64,000 nt of DNA, taken from the IMG/VR virus record IMGVR_UViG_3300027782_000030, positions 96,001 through 160,000 of that record. One strand, 5' to 3'. Origin of the DNA: a virus (taxonomy: Duplodnaviria; Caudoviricetes). Below, in pieces: positions 32,300-41,135 of this stretch. The first letter of the stretch is position 1. Every line of letters starts with the position of its first letter. The notes under the pieces are model-generated. The model saw only the letters and a program-made list of their open reading frames with translations, was not told where the DNA came from and did no database searches. A program made the translations under genes and the position numbers.

Positions 32300-33515
32300 T
32301 AGAGACTCTTATCCTAAGATTCATACTAGTTTTGAAAAAGTAGGTACACCGCATTGGACAGCACCTGTTAACAAGACTGTTACAGAAGGAAATGTAACTT
32401 TTCAAGTATATTACTTTGATGAAAATAAAGATTATTGGTTCATTGACATATATAACGGAAATGCATTTGAATGTTACCCTATAGAAACTATTCTTCCTGA
32501 AGAAATATTAAGAAAAGTTTACAATAAGGAAGTAATATTATTAATTTCAAATACTCATGAAACTTATCACAGTTGTATTACTGGAATATATAGAGATTTG
32601 GTAGTTAGGGCTAATATCCCTATAGAGCAGATAATATTTCTAACCGAGTCTGCTGATATAATAGAAGAAGTAGACATTGTAAGACAAAAATATAATTTAG
32701 AACGAATCAATGTTGAATGGATAAGAACATTTGAGTTCAACGCAAAAAGTCAATTTTTACATATGTTTACTAATCCACCATTAACTCTTGAAAATAAACA
32801 TTATGATAAAAAGTTTCTAAGTTTTAATCGCCATATGATGACTCACGGTAGATTGCATAGAGGCGGTTTAATAGCATTATTATGTGCTATGAACTTATTA
32901 GACAATGGATTCGTTAGTGCTGGAATGTTTTATGAATATCCAACTTGGAATGACATTTTAAATGAGTTAAAACGTTACCATAATGACAGTGAAGAATTCA
33001 TTCAGTTATTAATGGCTAACGAACAACGAATTTTAAATATTGGCGACTTGACTGTAGATGTAGATAGCACTGTTTTAAAAGAGCGTGATAATGCTTATCT
33101 TTTACCTTCTATAGCTAAATTTTATGAAGATTCTTATTTTAGCGTAGTTACTGAAACAAATTGTTTTGCTAAAGGAATAATGCAGGGTGATATAACTCCA
33201 CCTGGTAGATTACTAAGTGAAAAAACATTTAAAACGATTGCTATTAAACATCCCTTCATTATAGTAGCTAGAGCTAAAACACTTGAATTGCTTAGAGAAA
33301 TAGGATATAGAACATTTAGTCCATGGATAGACGAAAGTTATGACAATGAATTAAATGAATCAGCTAGAATGTTAATGATAGTTAAAGAAATAAAAAGATT
33401 GTGTGAATTATCTTCTGACCAGTTAGTTGAGTTTTTAAACAATACTAGAGAGATTTGCGAATACAATCATCAAGTATTATTGAGTAAAAATAAATGGACA
33501 ACACAACTAAATTAA
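32286..33515 (+). CDS. Uncharacterised glycosyltransferase-like protein (YFS.VTET...EK...PF...DESYD family, copy 1)
   Basis: C-terminal SYFSVVTETN...SEKTFK...HPFII...GYRTF...DESYD. Only a remote resemblance to the GT10/GT-B C-terminal lobe. Confidence 0.5.
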   Translation: MAILNRDSYPKIHTSFEKVGTPHWTAPVNKTVTEGNVTFQVYYFDENKDYWFIDIYNGNAFECYPIETILPEEILRKVYNKEVILLISNTHETYHSCITGIYRDLVVRANIPIEQIIFLTESADIIEEVDIVRQKYNLERINVEWIRTFEFNAKSQFLHMFTNPPLTLENKHYDKKFLSFNRHMMTHGRLHRGGLIALLCAMNLLDNGFVSAGMFYEYPTWNDILNELKRYHNDSEEFIQLLMANEQRILNIGDLTVDVDSTVLKERDNAYLLPSIAKFYEDSYFSVVTETNCFAKGIMQGDITPPGRLLSEKTFKTIAIKHPFIIVARAKTLELLREIGYRTFSPWIDESYDNELNESARMLMIVKEIKRLCELSSDQLVEFLNNTREICEYNHQVLLSKNKWTTQLN

Positions 33516-33516
33516 A

Positions 33517-33625
33517 ATGCGATTTAATATATTTTGTAGGTGACAGTGTAACATTTGCGATGGATCAACTTTATATAGCAGATAAAATTTTAGAACATAT
33601 TGAAAAATTTAATATATTAAATTAA
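33517..33625 (+). pseudogene. Collapsed remnant of an SGNH/GDSL-family gene
   Basis: ATG at 33517, then in an offset frame DLIYFVGDSVTFA (GDS block I) joined directly to MDQLYIADKILEHIEKFNILN* (C-terminal-helix-like). The stop overlaps the convergent gene's stop in TTAA at 33622-33625. Confidence 0.45.
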
Positions 33626-33969
33626 CCATACTTCTTCATTTCTCTTACTGGGTCATTTAGTTTTTCTGCCATACTATTTTTTAAATCGTACCGTTTATGC
33701 ATTACATCTCTGACATGCAATGCTCTACGACCCACTTCTGCTAAATCGTATAAATGTTCAACACGGAATTTTTTAAAATCATCTTCTAAATCCCACACTT
33801 CCGCGTGTACTTCATATAATTGATCAAGTTCGTCCTTTATTAGTTCAAAATCAATGTCATGTAATTGTTCAGTGTAGAAGTCTAGTTCTTCTTTATTATT
33901 GCCTAATTTTGCAAATTTTAATTTGGCAATGCAATAACGGTCTACTAATTCTATTATTGGGAATTTCAT
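33622..33969 (-). CDS. Hypothetical helical protein (possibly DUF6165-like)
   Basis: 115 aa; IELVDR...KLK...VWDLEDD...RA...R..LKN pattern recalled from small proteins found beside glycosyltransferases. Confidence 0.5.
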   Translation of the reverse strand: MKFPIIELVDRYCIAKLKFAKLGNNKEELDFYTEQLHDIDFELIKDELDQLYEVHAEVWDLEDDFKKFRVEHLYDLAEVGRRALHVRDVMHKRYDLKNSMAEKLNDPVREMKKYG

Positions 33970-34670
33970 AAGTTATCTTTAATTAAATTTAAAATTTCAA
34001 TCTGCTGCTGAGGTGAGGTATGATAATGGGCATCACCGAAGATATCAACATAATTCTGTTTATATGTGTTACCGGTAATACATTCATACCATGGTACTTC
34101 AGTAATTGGCATATTAAGTAAATCAATGACTAATATAGCAGGTATATTACTTACATATAATTTATGTAATACTGCTTGCATACACCATAAATCTATTTTT
34201 CTTTTCATCATGGGTGAATACATATGCATGAACCATTGTTTTATAGCATCGTCCTTTTCTTTGGGAGCATGAGCTTTAGGGAATTTTGTTATAATTGGCT
34301 CATGTAATAACGACATAAGATTCTCACTAATTAAGGACGGCGAAGTATTATTATTTAATATCCTAGGATAATATGATATATCGAATAAGCTAGCACACCT
34401 ATTTACATATCTATTATCATTGTCTTCACCTGAAGTAGTGCTTAATTCTATGCGGTCAATGACCGTAGTCCCAAATAATATTAGATCAGGTTTATCTAAT
34501 ATGGCCTGTTCAATTTGCAGTGCGATTCCACCGTTACTCATTCCCCCGCGAGCATATGTAACAAGGTCATATCCTAATTCCTTAGCAAACAATTCTGAAA
34601 AATGAGTATTTTTATAATTATTATAATCTGGTGTCATCCAACTATCACCGCATACTATTAATTTTGGCAT
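33966..34670 (-). CDS. SGNH/GDSL-like hydrolase or acyltransferase
   Basis: N-terminal LIVCGDSW, then GGMSN, and C-terminal DAHYH. Confidence 0.6.
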   Translation of the reverse strand: MPKLIVCGDSWMTPDYNNYKNTHFSELFAKELGYDLVTYARGGMSNGGIALQIEQAILDKPDLILFGTTVIDRIELSTTSGEDNDNRYVNRCASLFDISYYPRILNNNTSPSLISENLMSLLHEPIITKFPKAHAPKEKDDAIKQWFMHMYSPMMKRKIDLWCMQAVLHKLYVSNIPAILVIDLLNMPITEVPWYECITGNTYKQNYVDIFGDAHYHTSPQQQIEILNLIKDNL

Positions 34671-35866
34671 ATTTCTACCTTAGGAAAATATTTTAAGAAA
34701 ATGTCTTGCTCAATATTACGCACAGTTTTAATTCTTTTACTAATCTCTGTAAAAAAGTTCCAAGCCAATGGCATAAACACAAGCCGATCATTTGAACTAA
34801 ACTCTTTGATAGCATCAGGTCCTTTTATAAGAATATTTGTTCCTGGCGTATACAAATTATGCTTTAATGGGTTGTCATCTATAATCAAATCTAACTTCAT
34901 ATCTAAGAAATTCAATAGTGTATTACCTTTTGCGGCTGCACCGTAGCCAATTATTTTATAGCCGTTAAACTTATAGGACTCTATAGTACGCTTTAACTCG
35001 TCCATATTACTTTTGACATTTTTTTCCCATATAGTATACGTTTTTATGTTTAGTAAGGCTTTCTCTGTTTTGATTTTGTCATCGATGGTCGATGAATCAT
35101 CCTTAGTACTTAATATGAATAAGTAACTGTTACCGTGTACAGGAGTTTTGATAGCGTCAATCAAGTATAGCCCTGCTCTTTTGGCTAACTCATACAGACT
35201 GTTGATATTAAAGAAATTAATATGCTCATGGTATATAGTATCAAACTCATTATTCAGAACCATATCTGCTTGACTAGTCTGAATGAATAATAGTGTATGG
35301 TCACGCATCAACTTTTTACAAGTTTGTAAGAATTCTAGTGGGTTAGGATTATGTGCAAAAACATTTTGGGCAGTTATAGCATCAAATTCATATTTAATTT
35401 TATCTACCACATCAGGACCAAAAAAGTCACATATGACATTATGTTTTGCTGAACTAGTAGGATATATATTTTCTGCTGGATCTACACCAAACGTGTTAAA
35501 CCCTCTAGACTTGAAAGAATCTAATTGAGTTCCGTCATTGCATCCAATATCTAATACATTGGATGTTTGTTTGTTTAGTTTTTCAATGACATAATTAGCA
35601 AACCATTCGCTATAATCTTTTAGGGTTTTGCTAGTACCGCTTACATACAAGTAGTTTTTATAGATTGTTTTTGGATCAACCGTATGAGTTAATTGAAGAT
35701 GATAGCAGATTCTGCATAAATTTACTGCTAGAGGATACCGATCTTCAATCCCATCTTTAAGATTGAGATAACTGTTAGCCAATGGTTGAATACCTAGGTC
35801 AAGCGCCAATGACAAATTTTTATTACCACACGCTAAACACGCATGATTGTATTCTATTTTACTCAT
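34658..35866 (-). CDS. NDP-sugar C-methyltransferase (Zn-binding N-domain, SAM domain, C-terminal Methyltransf_14-like domain)
   Basis: CLACG...LDLGIQPLAN...CRIC; VLDIGCNDG; QNVFAH; IYHEH; GYGAAAKGNTLLN. Confidence 0.85.
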   Translation of the reverse strand: MSKIEYNHACLACGNKNLSLALDLGIQPLANSYLNLKDGIEDRYPLAVNLCRICYHLQLTHTVDPKTIYKNYLYVSGTSKTLKDYSEWFANYVIEKLNKQTSNVLDIGCNDGTQLDSFKSRGFNTFGVDPAENIYPTSSAKHNVICDFFGPDVVDKIKYEFDAITAQNVFAHNPNPLEFLQTCKKLMRDHTLLFIQTSQADMVLNNEFDTIYHEHINFFNINSLYELAKRAGLYLIDAIKTPVHGNSYLFILSTKDDSSTIDDKIKTEKALLNIKTYTIWEKNVKSNMDELKRTIESYKFNGYKIIGYGAAAKGNTLLNFLDMKLDLIIDDNPLKHNLYTPGTNILIKGPDAIKEFSSNDRLVFMPLAWNFFTEISKRIKTVRNIEQDIFLKYFPKVEICQN

Positions 35867-36764
35867 ATGGTATGAACTGGTTTCTATTGCTAAAGGTTGT
35901 CTGATCTATCTTAGATACAATATCATTGACAATTGAGTCAATAGTCTCTTTAAACTGAAAGTTATAAGTATGCTTAAATTTTTGAGTGTTCATAATAAAA
36001 TCATAAACGCCTGTTACGCTAGGTTGTATTTTTATATTTGAAGTAGTTAAACTACTAACCATTAGGCTAATGTTATCAACAGTGTCATAGAAGCTAGCCA
36101 AGTTGTATATTCCAACTTTTGGATTCTGTAGTACACTATTAACTGCAAGACCAATATCAGCGATACCCAATATTGGTCTTGTTATTTCTTTATTATTAAT
36201 AAAAATGGTACCCAACTCAATTGATTTTTTAGTCATTGAATTAATCATTAGGTCTTCCCGCATGTTTGGACTCCATCCATTCACTGTTCCAAATCTAAAT
36301 CCAATTATATTATACCCATCTTGAATAAACTTTAGTGCATGTGTATCAAGCGTGTATTTGGTTAGATCATAGTTGTTTATGGGTTTAAATAGCAAGTTAT
36401 TATCTTCGCTCGTTTCTTTGGCAGAGTTACCGTACACACTTCCGCTGCTTGCATAAATCAATGTTTGTTTTTTGTCAATCATTGATACCAAATTGACAAA
36501 GTTATTAACATTGTTGTTAAAACTTGAAGTAATATCGCCGTTACACATATTCACTGAACTATGACCGGCAAGTAGAATTATGGCATCAAACTTACCTAGG
36601 AATTCTTTGGAAAGAGTATTGTAATCCTGTGTAATACTAGTACCTAGATTTCTTTCAAACCAACAAAGGTCAACACTCTGCATTTGGTATTGATATTGAA
36701 GGTCATGTATTAGTCTAGATCCTATATATCCATTGCCTCCCAAAATTAAGACTGTTTTAGCCAT
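35859..36764 (-). CDS. NAD-dependent NDP-sugar epimerase/dehydratase (extended SDR)
   Basis: GGNGYIG; YASSGSVYG; YDLTK (YxxxK). Confidence 0.85.
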   Translation of the reverse strand: MAKTVLILGGNGYIGSRLIHDLQYQYQMQSVDLCWFERNLGTSITQDYNTLSKEFLGKFDAIILLAGHSSVNMCNGDITSSFNNNVNNFVNLVSMIDKKQTLIYASSGSVYGNSAKETSEDNNLLFKPINNYDLTKYTLDTHALKFIQDGYNIIGFRFGTVNGWSPNMREDLMINSMTKKSIELGTIFINNKEITRPILGIADIGLAVNSVLQNPKVGIYNLASFYDTVDNISLMVSSLTTSNIKIQPSVTGVYDFIMNTQKFKHTYNFQFKETIDSIVNDIVSKIDQTTFSNRNQFIPYE

Positions 36765-36771
36765 TGTGATT

Positions 36772-36803
36772 TATTTATATGGTAATATAGTCTACAATAA
36801 ATA
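36772..36803. promoter_or_regulatory. Back-to-back T4-type late-promoter motifs driving divergent genes
   Basis: TATAAATA on the - strand at 36772-36779, 7 nt from the ATG at 36764. AATAAATA on the + strand at 36796-36803, 5 nt from the ATG at 36809. Confidence 0.6.
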
Positions 36804-36808
36804 ATGTA

Positions 36809-37951
36809 ATGATTGTGAATAATCTTAAATTCTATTATATAGATACTGTATCTGCCTCAGATAATGAAGTCCCTTCAATTAGGTACGCCAGTGCTTATCA
36901 ATCGTTGCCGATATATTCTAACCATAATTATTATTACATAGAATTTAAACGGTCTCTTTCTAGTTTATCTGAATGTTTGATTAAGGACAATGTATTACAT
37001 CAGCTAGTACACGGTGACTTATACCTTGCGCTATGTAATAGTCATGAAGCCTTTCATTCTGTAGTTGATGAAGTATATGAACACGCTGTAATAGAATTAG
37101 CCATTCCTGAACATAAGATTATATTAATAAGCGAATCAGCGGATATAGTCACTGAAGTTAACGATGTGGCATTACAATTGGGTAAACATCCTATTAAAAC
37201 TCTTTGGGCTAGAATTTTTGAATGGGCAGGTAATAGATATATTAATTCCGTTTTAAACGGTAAAACTAATCCCAAATTAATAGACAAATCTTTTGGTAAA
37301 GCTTTTTTAAATTTTAATAGGAGATGGAGAACACACAGACCTGCTTTAGTAGCATTATTATTTGCTAATAATTTATTAGATAGGGGTTATGTAAGTTTGG
37401 CTCCGGTAGAGGGAACGAATTGGGAACTGATTTGGTGGTCATTAGTATCGTATCATAATGAAGAGATATCTACATTGTTAACAATGTACAAAGACGATAT
37501 ATGCAACATACCTCCTTTATTTTTAGACGCCGAAAATATGGAAGTCAACCGAGTTGAACATAGTGAGTCAGTAGCATATTTGTATAATGACAGTTATTTT
37601 AGCATAGTGACTGAAACAAATTATTATGCCAATCAACCGGGACGATTCTTCAGTGAAAAAGTTTTTAAACCAGTTGTTATGGAACATCCATTTATAATAG
37701 TATCTAGGCCACATTCACTAGCAAAATTTAAAGAATTGGGCTATAAATCATTTAGTCCATATATTGATGAATCATACGATGAAGTAGAAGATGACTCGGA
37801 AAGATTACTAGCGATAGTAAACGAAATAAAAAGATTGTCTCTTTTATCCCCTACAGAATTGTCAGAATTTTTAATCAATGTAAAGCCTATATGCGATTAT
37901 AATTTTAAAATTTTGTTAACTAAAAAAAATTTTATTACCCATTTAAATTAA
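36809..37951 (+). CDS. Uncharacterised glycosyltransferase-like protein (copy 2; paralog of 32286..33515)
   Basis: FLNFNRRWRTHR...SYFSIVTETN...SEKVFKP...HPFII...GYKSF...DESYD. Confidence 0.5.
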   Translation: MIVNNLKFYYIDTVSASDNEVPSIRYASAYQSLPIYSNHNYYYIEFKRSLSSLSECLIKDNVLHQLVHGDLYLALCNSHEAFHSVVDEVYEHAVIELAIPEHKIILISESADIVTEVNDVALQLGKHPIKTLWARIFEWAGNRYINSVLNGKTNPKLIDKSFGKAFLNFNRRWRTHRPALVALLFANNLLDRGYVSLAPVEGTNWELIWWSLVSYHNEEISTLLTMYKDDICNIPPLFLDAENMEVNRVEHSESVAYLYNDSYFSIVTETNYYANQPGRFFSEKVFKPVVMEHPFIIVSRPHSLAKFKELGYKSFSPYIDESYDEVEDDSERLLAIVNEIKRLSLLSPTELSEFLINVKPICDYNFKILLTKKNFITHLN

Positions 37952-37953
37952 CT

Positions 37954-38763
37954 ATGACAGATTTATCTAACATTGATTTTGGTAAATATAAACGCTTCTT
38001 TGCGTTTGGATGCAGTTTTACTTCATATCATTGGCCTACTTGGGCTGATGTATTAGCATCTGAAATGCCTAATGCTGAATTTTACAATTTTGGACATTGC
38101 GGTGGTGGTAATTCAATGATATCTAATCGCATTGCTGAAGCAAATTGTAGATATAAATTTACCGATACTGATTTAGTTGTGCCGATGTGGACTACATTTT
38201 GTAGAGAAGATAGGTATAGAACTGGTCAATGGATGAGTACTGGTAATATGTTTAGCCAAAATGAATTTGATGAAGAATTTGTGAGAAAATATTGCGACCC
38301 AATTGGATATTTGTTAAGAGATTTAGCAATAATTACTGTTACAAGTACCTATCTTAAATCCTTGCCTTCTGATTCATTCATGTTAAATGGAGTACCTTAT
38401 ACTTATCAAATGGATATTGAAACCGCACCATATCCAAAATTAAAAGAAATTTTGGAATTATATAAAGACACTATTAGCTTAACTCCACCTGCATTAGTTG
38501 ATTTAGAATTAGGAGGTGAATTTAAACACGGTCATGAATACTCAAGGATGCATAATGGTGATTGGTACTTAGACTATCATCCAAACACATTGCATTATAA
38601 TGGATACCTTAAAAAAATAGGTCTACCGTTAACATCTAAATCTTCAATGTATACAGAACATTCAATGACATTGTTAAAATCAACTAAAACAGAAGCACAA
38701 TTGATCATCGCCTTTAATAAAATGGTTGACGATAGAAATACAAAATTAAAAAATCTTTTTTGA
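37954..38763 (+). CDS. SGNH-like protein
   Basis: FAFGCSFT...W...NFGHCGGGN...DYHP. Confidence 0.55.
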   Translation: MTDLSNIDFGKYKRFFAFGCSFTSYHWPTWADVLASEMPNAEFYNFGHCGGGNSMISNRIAEANCRYKFTDTDLVVPMWTTFCREDRYRTGQWMSTGNMFSQNEFDEEFVRKYCDPIGYLLRDLAIITVTSTYLKSLPSDSFMLNGVPYTYQMDIETAPYPKLKEILELYKDTISLTPPALVDLELGGEFKHGHEYSRMHNGDWYLDYHPNTLHYNGYLKKIGLPLTSKSSMYTEHSMTLLKSTKTEAQLIIAFNKMVDDRNTKLKNLF

Positions 38764-38777
38764 ACTTAGGAATATTA

Positions 38778-41132
38778 ATGAAAAAAGTAACAATGATTGG
38801 AGTAGGCAAATTAGGACAAGACTGTGCTGAGGTAATGGCAGACGCGGGCTATGATGTAATCGGTTATGATATAGAACCTAGGTCACCTAAGTTTCCTATG
38901 ATGAATACTATTAAAGAAGCAGTCATTGACCGTGATATTATTTTTATTGCTGCACCAACACCACATGATCCTATATACGGCGGTGAAACTCCTACTAGTC
39001 ATTTACCTAATAAAGACTTTAATTATAATATAGTAATCAATATACTCAATGAGGTAAACATATTCGTTAATAAAAAGCAACTAGTTGTACTTATAAGCAC
39101 CGTGTTACCCGGGACAGTTCGTAATCATTTAGAACCTTGTATTACTAACGCTAGATTCATTTACAACCCATACTTGATTGCAATGGGCACGGTCAAATGG
39201 GACATGGTAAACCCTGAAATGATTATCATTGGAACAGAAGATGGTAGTATTACAGGTGATGCACAAGAGTTGATTGATTTTTATAATGTGTTTATGAATA
39301 ATAATCCTAGGTACGAAGTAGGTACTTGGGATGAAGCAGAATCAATAAAGATTTTTTATAATACTTTTATTAGTACTAAGTTAGCACTAGTGAATATGGT
39401 TCAAGACGTAGCCGAAACAAACGGCAACATTAATGTAGACATTGTTACCAAAGCATTAGCAAATAGTACACAGCGTATTATGGGCCCTGCATATATGCAA
39501 GCTGGCTTAGGAGATGCAGGAGCGTGTCATCCTAGAGATAATATTGCATTAAGGTATTTAGCCGATAGATTAGACTTGGGCTATGATCTGTTTGATTGCA
39601 TAATGACCGCTAGAGAAGTACAAGCAGAGCGTATGGCACTCAGATGTTTAAAGAATGGTAAGAACGTCACTATTATCGGTAAAGCATATAAACCTAAAGT
39701 ACCTTACACAAATGGTAGCGCTAGCATGTTGGTCGGTTATTATATTGAAAAACATGGAGGCTATATTAATTATTACGATGAAAATACAGGTGATTTAGAT
39801 TTAAAAACAGAATGGACTGAAGTATATTTAATTGGATATTGGGAAGATTGGGTGCATCATGCATTAAATAATATTCCATGTGATTATAGGTCAGTAGTTA
39901 TAATTGATCCATGGAGGAAGATTTCTGACCATAATGCATCTTATAAGTTTGAAACTATCGAATACGGTAACACTAGACCAAAAAATATATATGGGGTAGA
40001 AAACTCTCAATATCTAATTTATCAAACCGGTCATTTAAAGAATTTGTTTGGGTTATGGCCTGAAATGGAAAAACATAAAGATATTATTCATCTCATTGAT
40101 GCTGAATCAGGTCTAACAAAATTTCATTTGAGACCCACGGAATTGATTGTAGAAGAAATATTAGAGGCTTCTAAGAATGGAAAAATTAAATTTTTATTTA
40201 ATAATTTAGCTGAAGGATATCAAATTCCAGCAGTAGACAAAATTCACCGCATTGCAAATATATTAGAAAATCAAATTGATTCCAAGAATCTTATATATTT
40301 GACATCTTCGCCCGGAGTAGAACAAATATATGAAGATTTGTTTTCCAGTAAAAAGAATAAAAATTGGAAAAATAAAATTTCAATATTGTCTGCCCATGCT
40401 TTTCATTTATATACTCAGTGGAGTATGTTAGAGCTTAAAGAGTTAACTAATTATATAATTAAAGAAAAATCTAAAGATTTTTTATGTTTCAACAAAGTTC
40501 CTCGTGAGCATCGAATCAGACTACTTAATAGAGTGCTAGAGCATAATATGCTAGATAAAGGTTATTATTCGTTTGAAGGGTTACCAAATTGGTTAGACTT
40601 TTTACCCGAAGAATTCAACAGCATCAAATTAAATGAAAATAAATTTCCAATAAAATTAAATATAACCCCTGAAAGACCAAATCCGTTAATGGTAGAAGTT
40701 CAGGATCTTAAATATTTTGATGATAGTTATTTTAGTATAGTTACCGAAACAACTTTTTATAATAATGACCATCCGCGTATTGTTAGATATGGGACCTTAG
40801 ATAATATTTTTATTACTGAAAAGACTTTTAAATGTTTTCCTGCAATGCACCCGTTCATTGTATTTGCTTATCCTAATTTATTATCTGAATTAAGAAAACT
40901 TGGGTATAAAACGTTTGCACCCTTTATAGATGAATCATATGATACTATTATCAATGATGATGATAGATTTGAAGCAATATGGAAAGAAATAACTAGATTA
41001 TTACATAAAACACCTGAAGAATGGATTCAATGGCAATCTGGCATCAAAGAAATCGTTGAATTTAATAAAAATCATTTTTATTCAAATACAAATTATTCTT
41101 CTACCCCTATTGACGATATTTTTGGAGACTAA
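38778..41132 (+). CDS. UDP-glucose/GDP-mannose dehydrogenase family protein fused to a C-terminal GT-like domain (copy 3)
   Basis: GVGKLG Rossmann motif, AAPTP, STVLPGT, YNPY, IKIFYNTF, and GLGDAGACHPRD (catalytic Cys). The C-terminal half carries SYFSIVTET...TEKTFK...HPFI...DESYD. The start is likely the ATG at 38778, after AGGA. Confidence 0.8.
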   Translation: MKKVTMIGVGKLGQDCAEVMADAGYDVIGYDIEPRSPKFPMMNTIKEAVIDRDIIFIAAPTPHDPIYGGETPTSHLPNKDFNYNIVINILNEVNIFVNKKQLVVLISTVLPGTVRNHLEPCITNARFIYNPYLIAMGTVKWDMVNPEMIIIGTEDGSITGDAQELIDFYNVFMNNNPRYEVGTWDEAESIKIFYNTFISTKLALVNMVQDVAETNGNINVDIVTKALANSTQRIMGPAYMQAGLGDAGACHPRDNIALRYLADRLDLGYDLFDCIMTAREVQAERMALRCLKNGKNVTIIGKAYKPKVPYTNGSASMLVGYYIEKHGGYINYYDENTGDLDLKTEWTEVYLIGYWEDWVHHALNNIPCDYRSVVIIDPWRKISDHNASYKFETIEYGNTRPKNIYGVENSQYLIYQTGHLKNLFGLWPEMEKHKDIIHLIDAESGLTKFHLRPTELIVEEILEASKNGKIKFLFNNLAEGYQIPAVDKIHRIANILENQIDSKNLIYLTSSPGVEQIYEDLFSSKKNKNWKNKISILSAHAFHLYTQWSMLELKELTNYIIKEKSKDFLCFNKVPREHRIRLLNRVLEHNMLDKGYYSFEGLPNWLDFLPEEFNSIKLNENKFPIKLNITPERPNPLMVEVQDLKYFDDSYFSIVTETTFYNNDHPRIVRYGTLDNIFITEKTFKCFPAMHPFIVFAYPNLLSELRKLGYKTFAPFIDESYDTIINDDDRFEAIWKEITRLLHKTPEEWIQWQSGIKEIVEFNKNHFYSNTNYSSTPIDDIFGD

Positions 41133-41135
41133 TAA

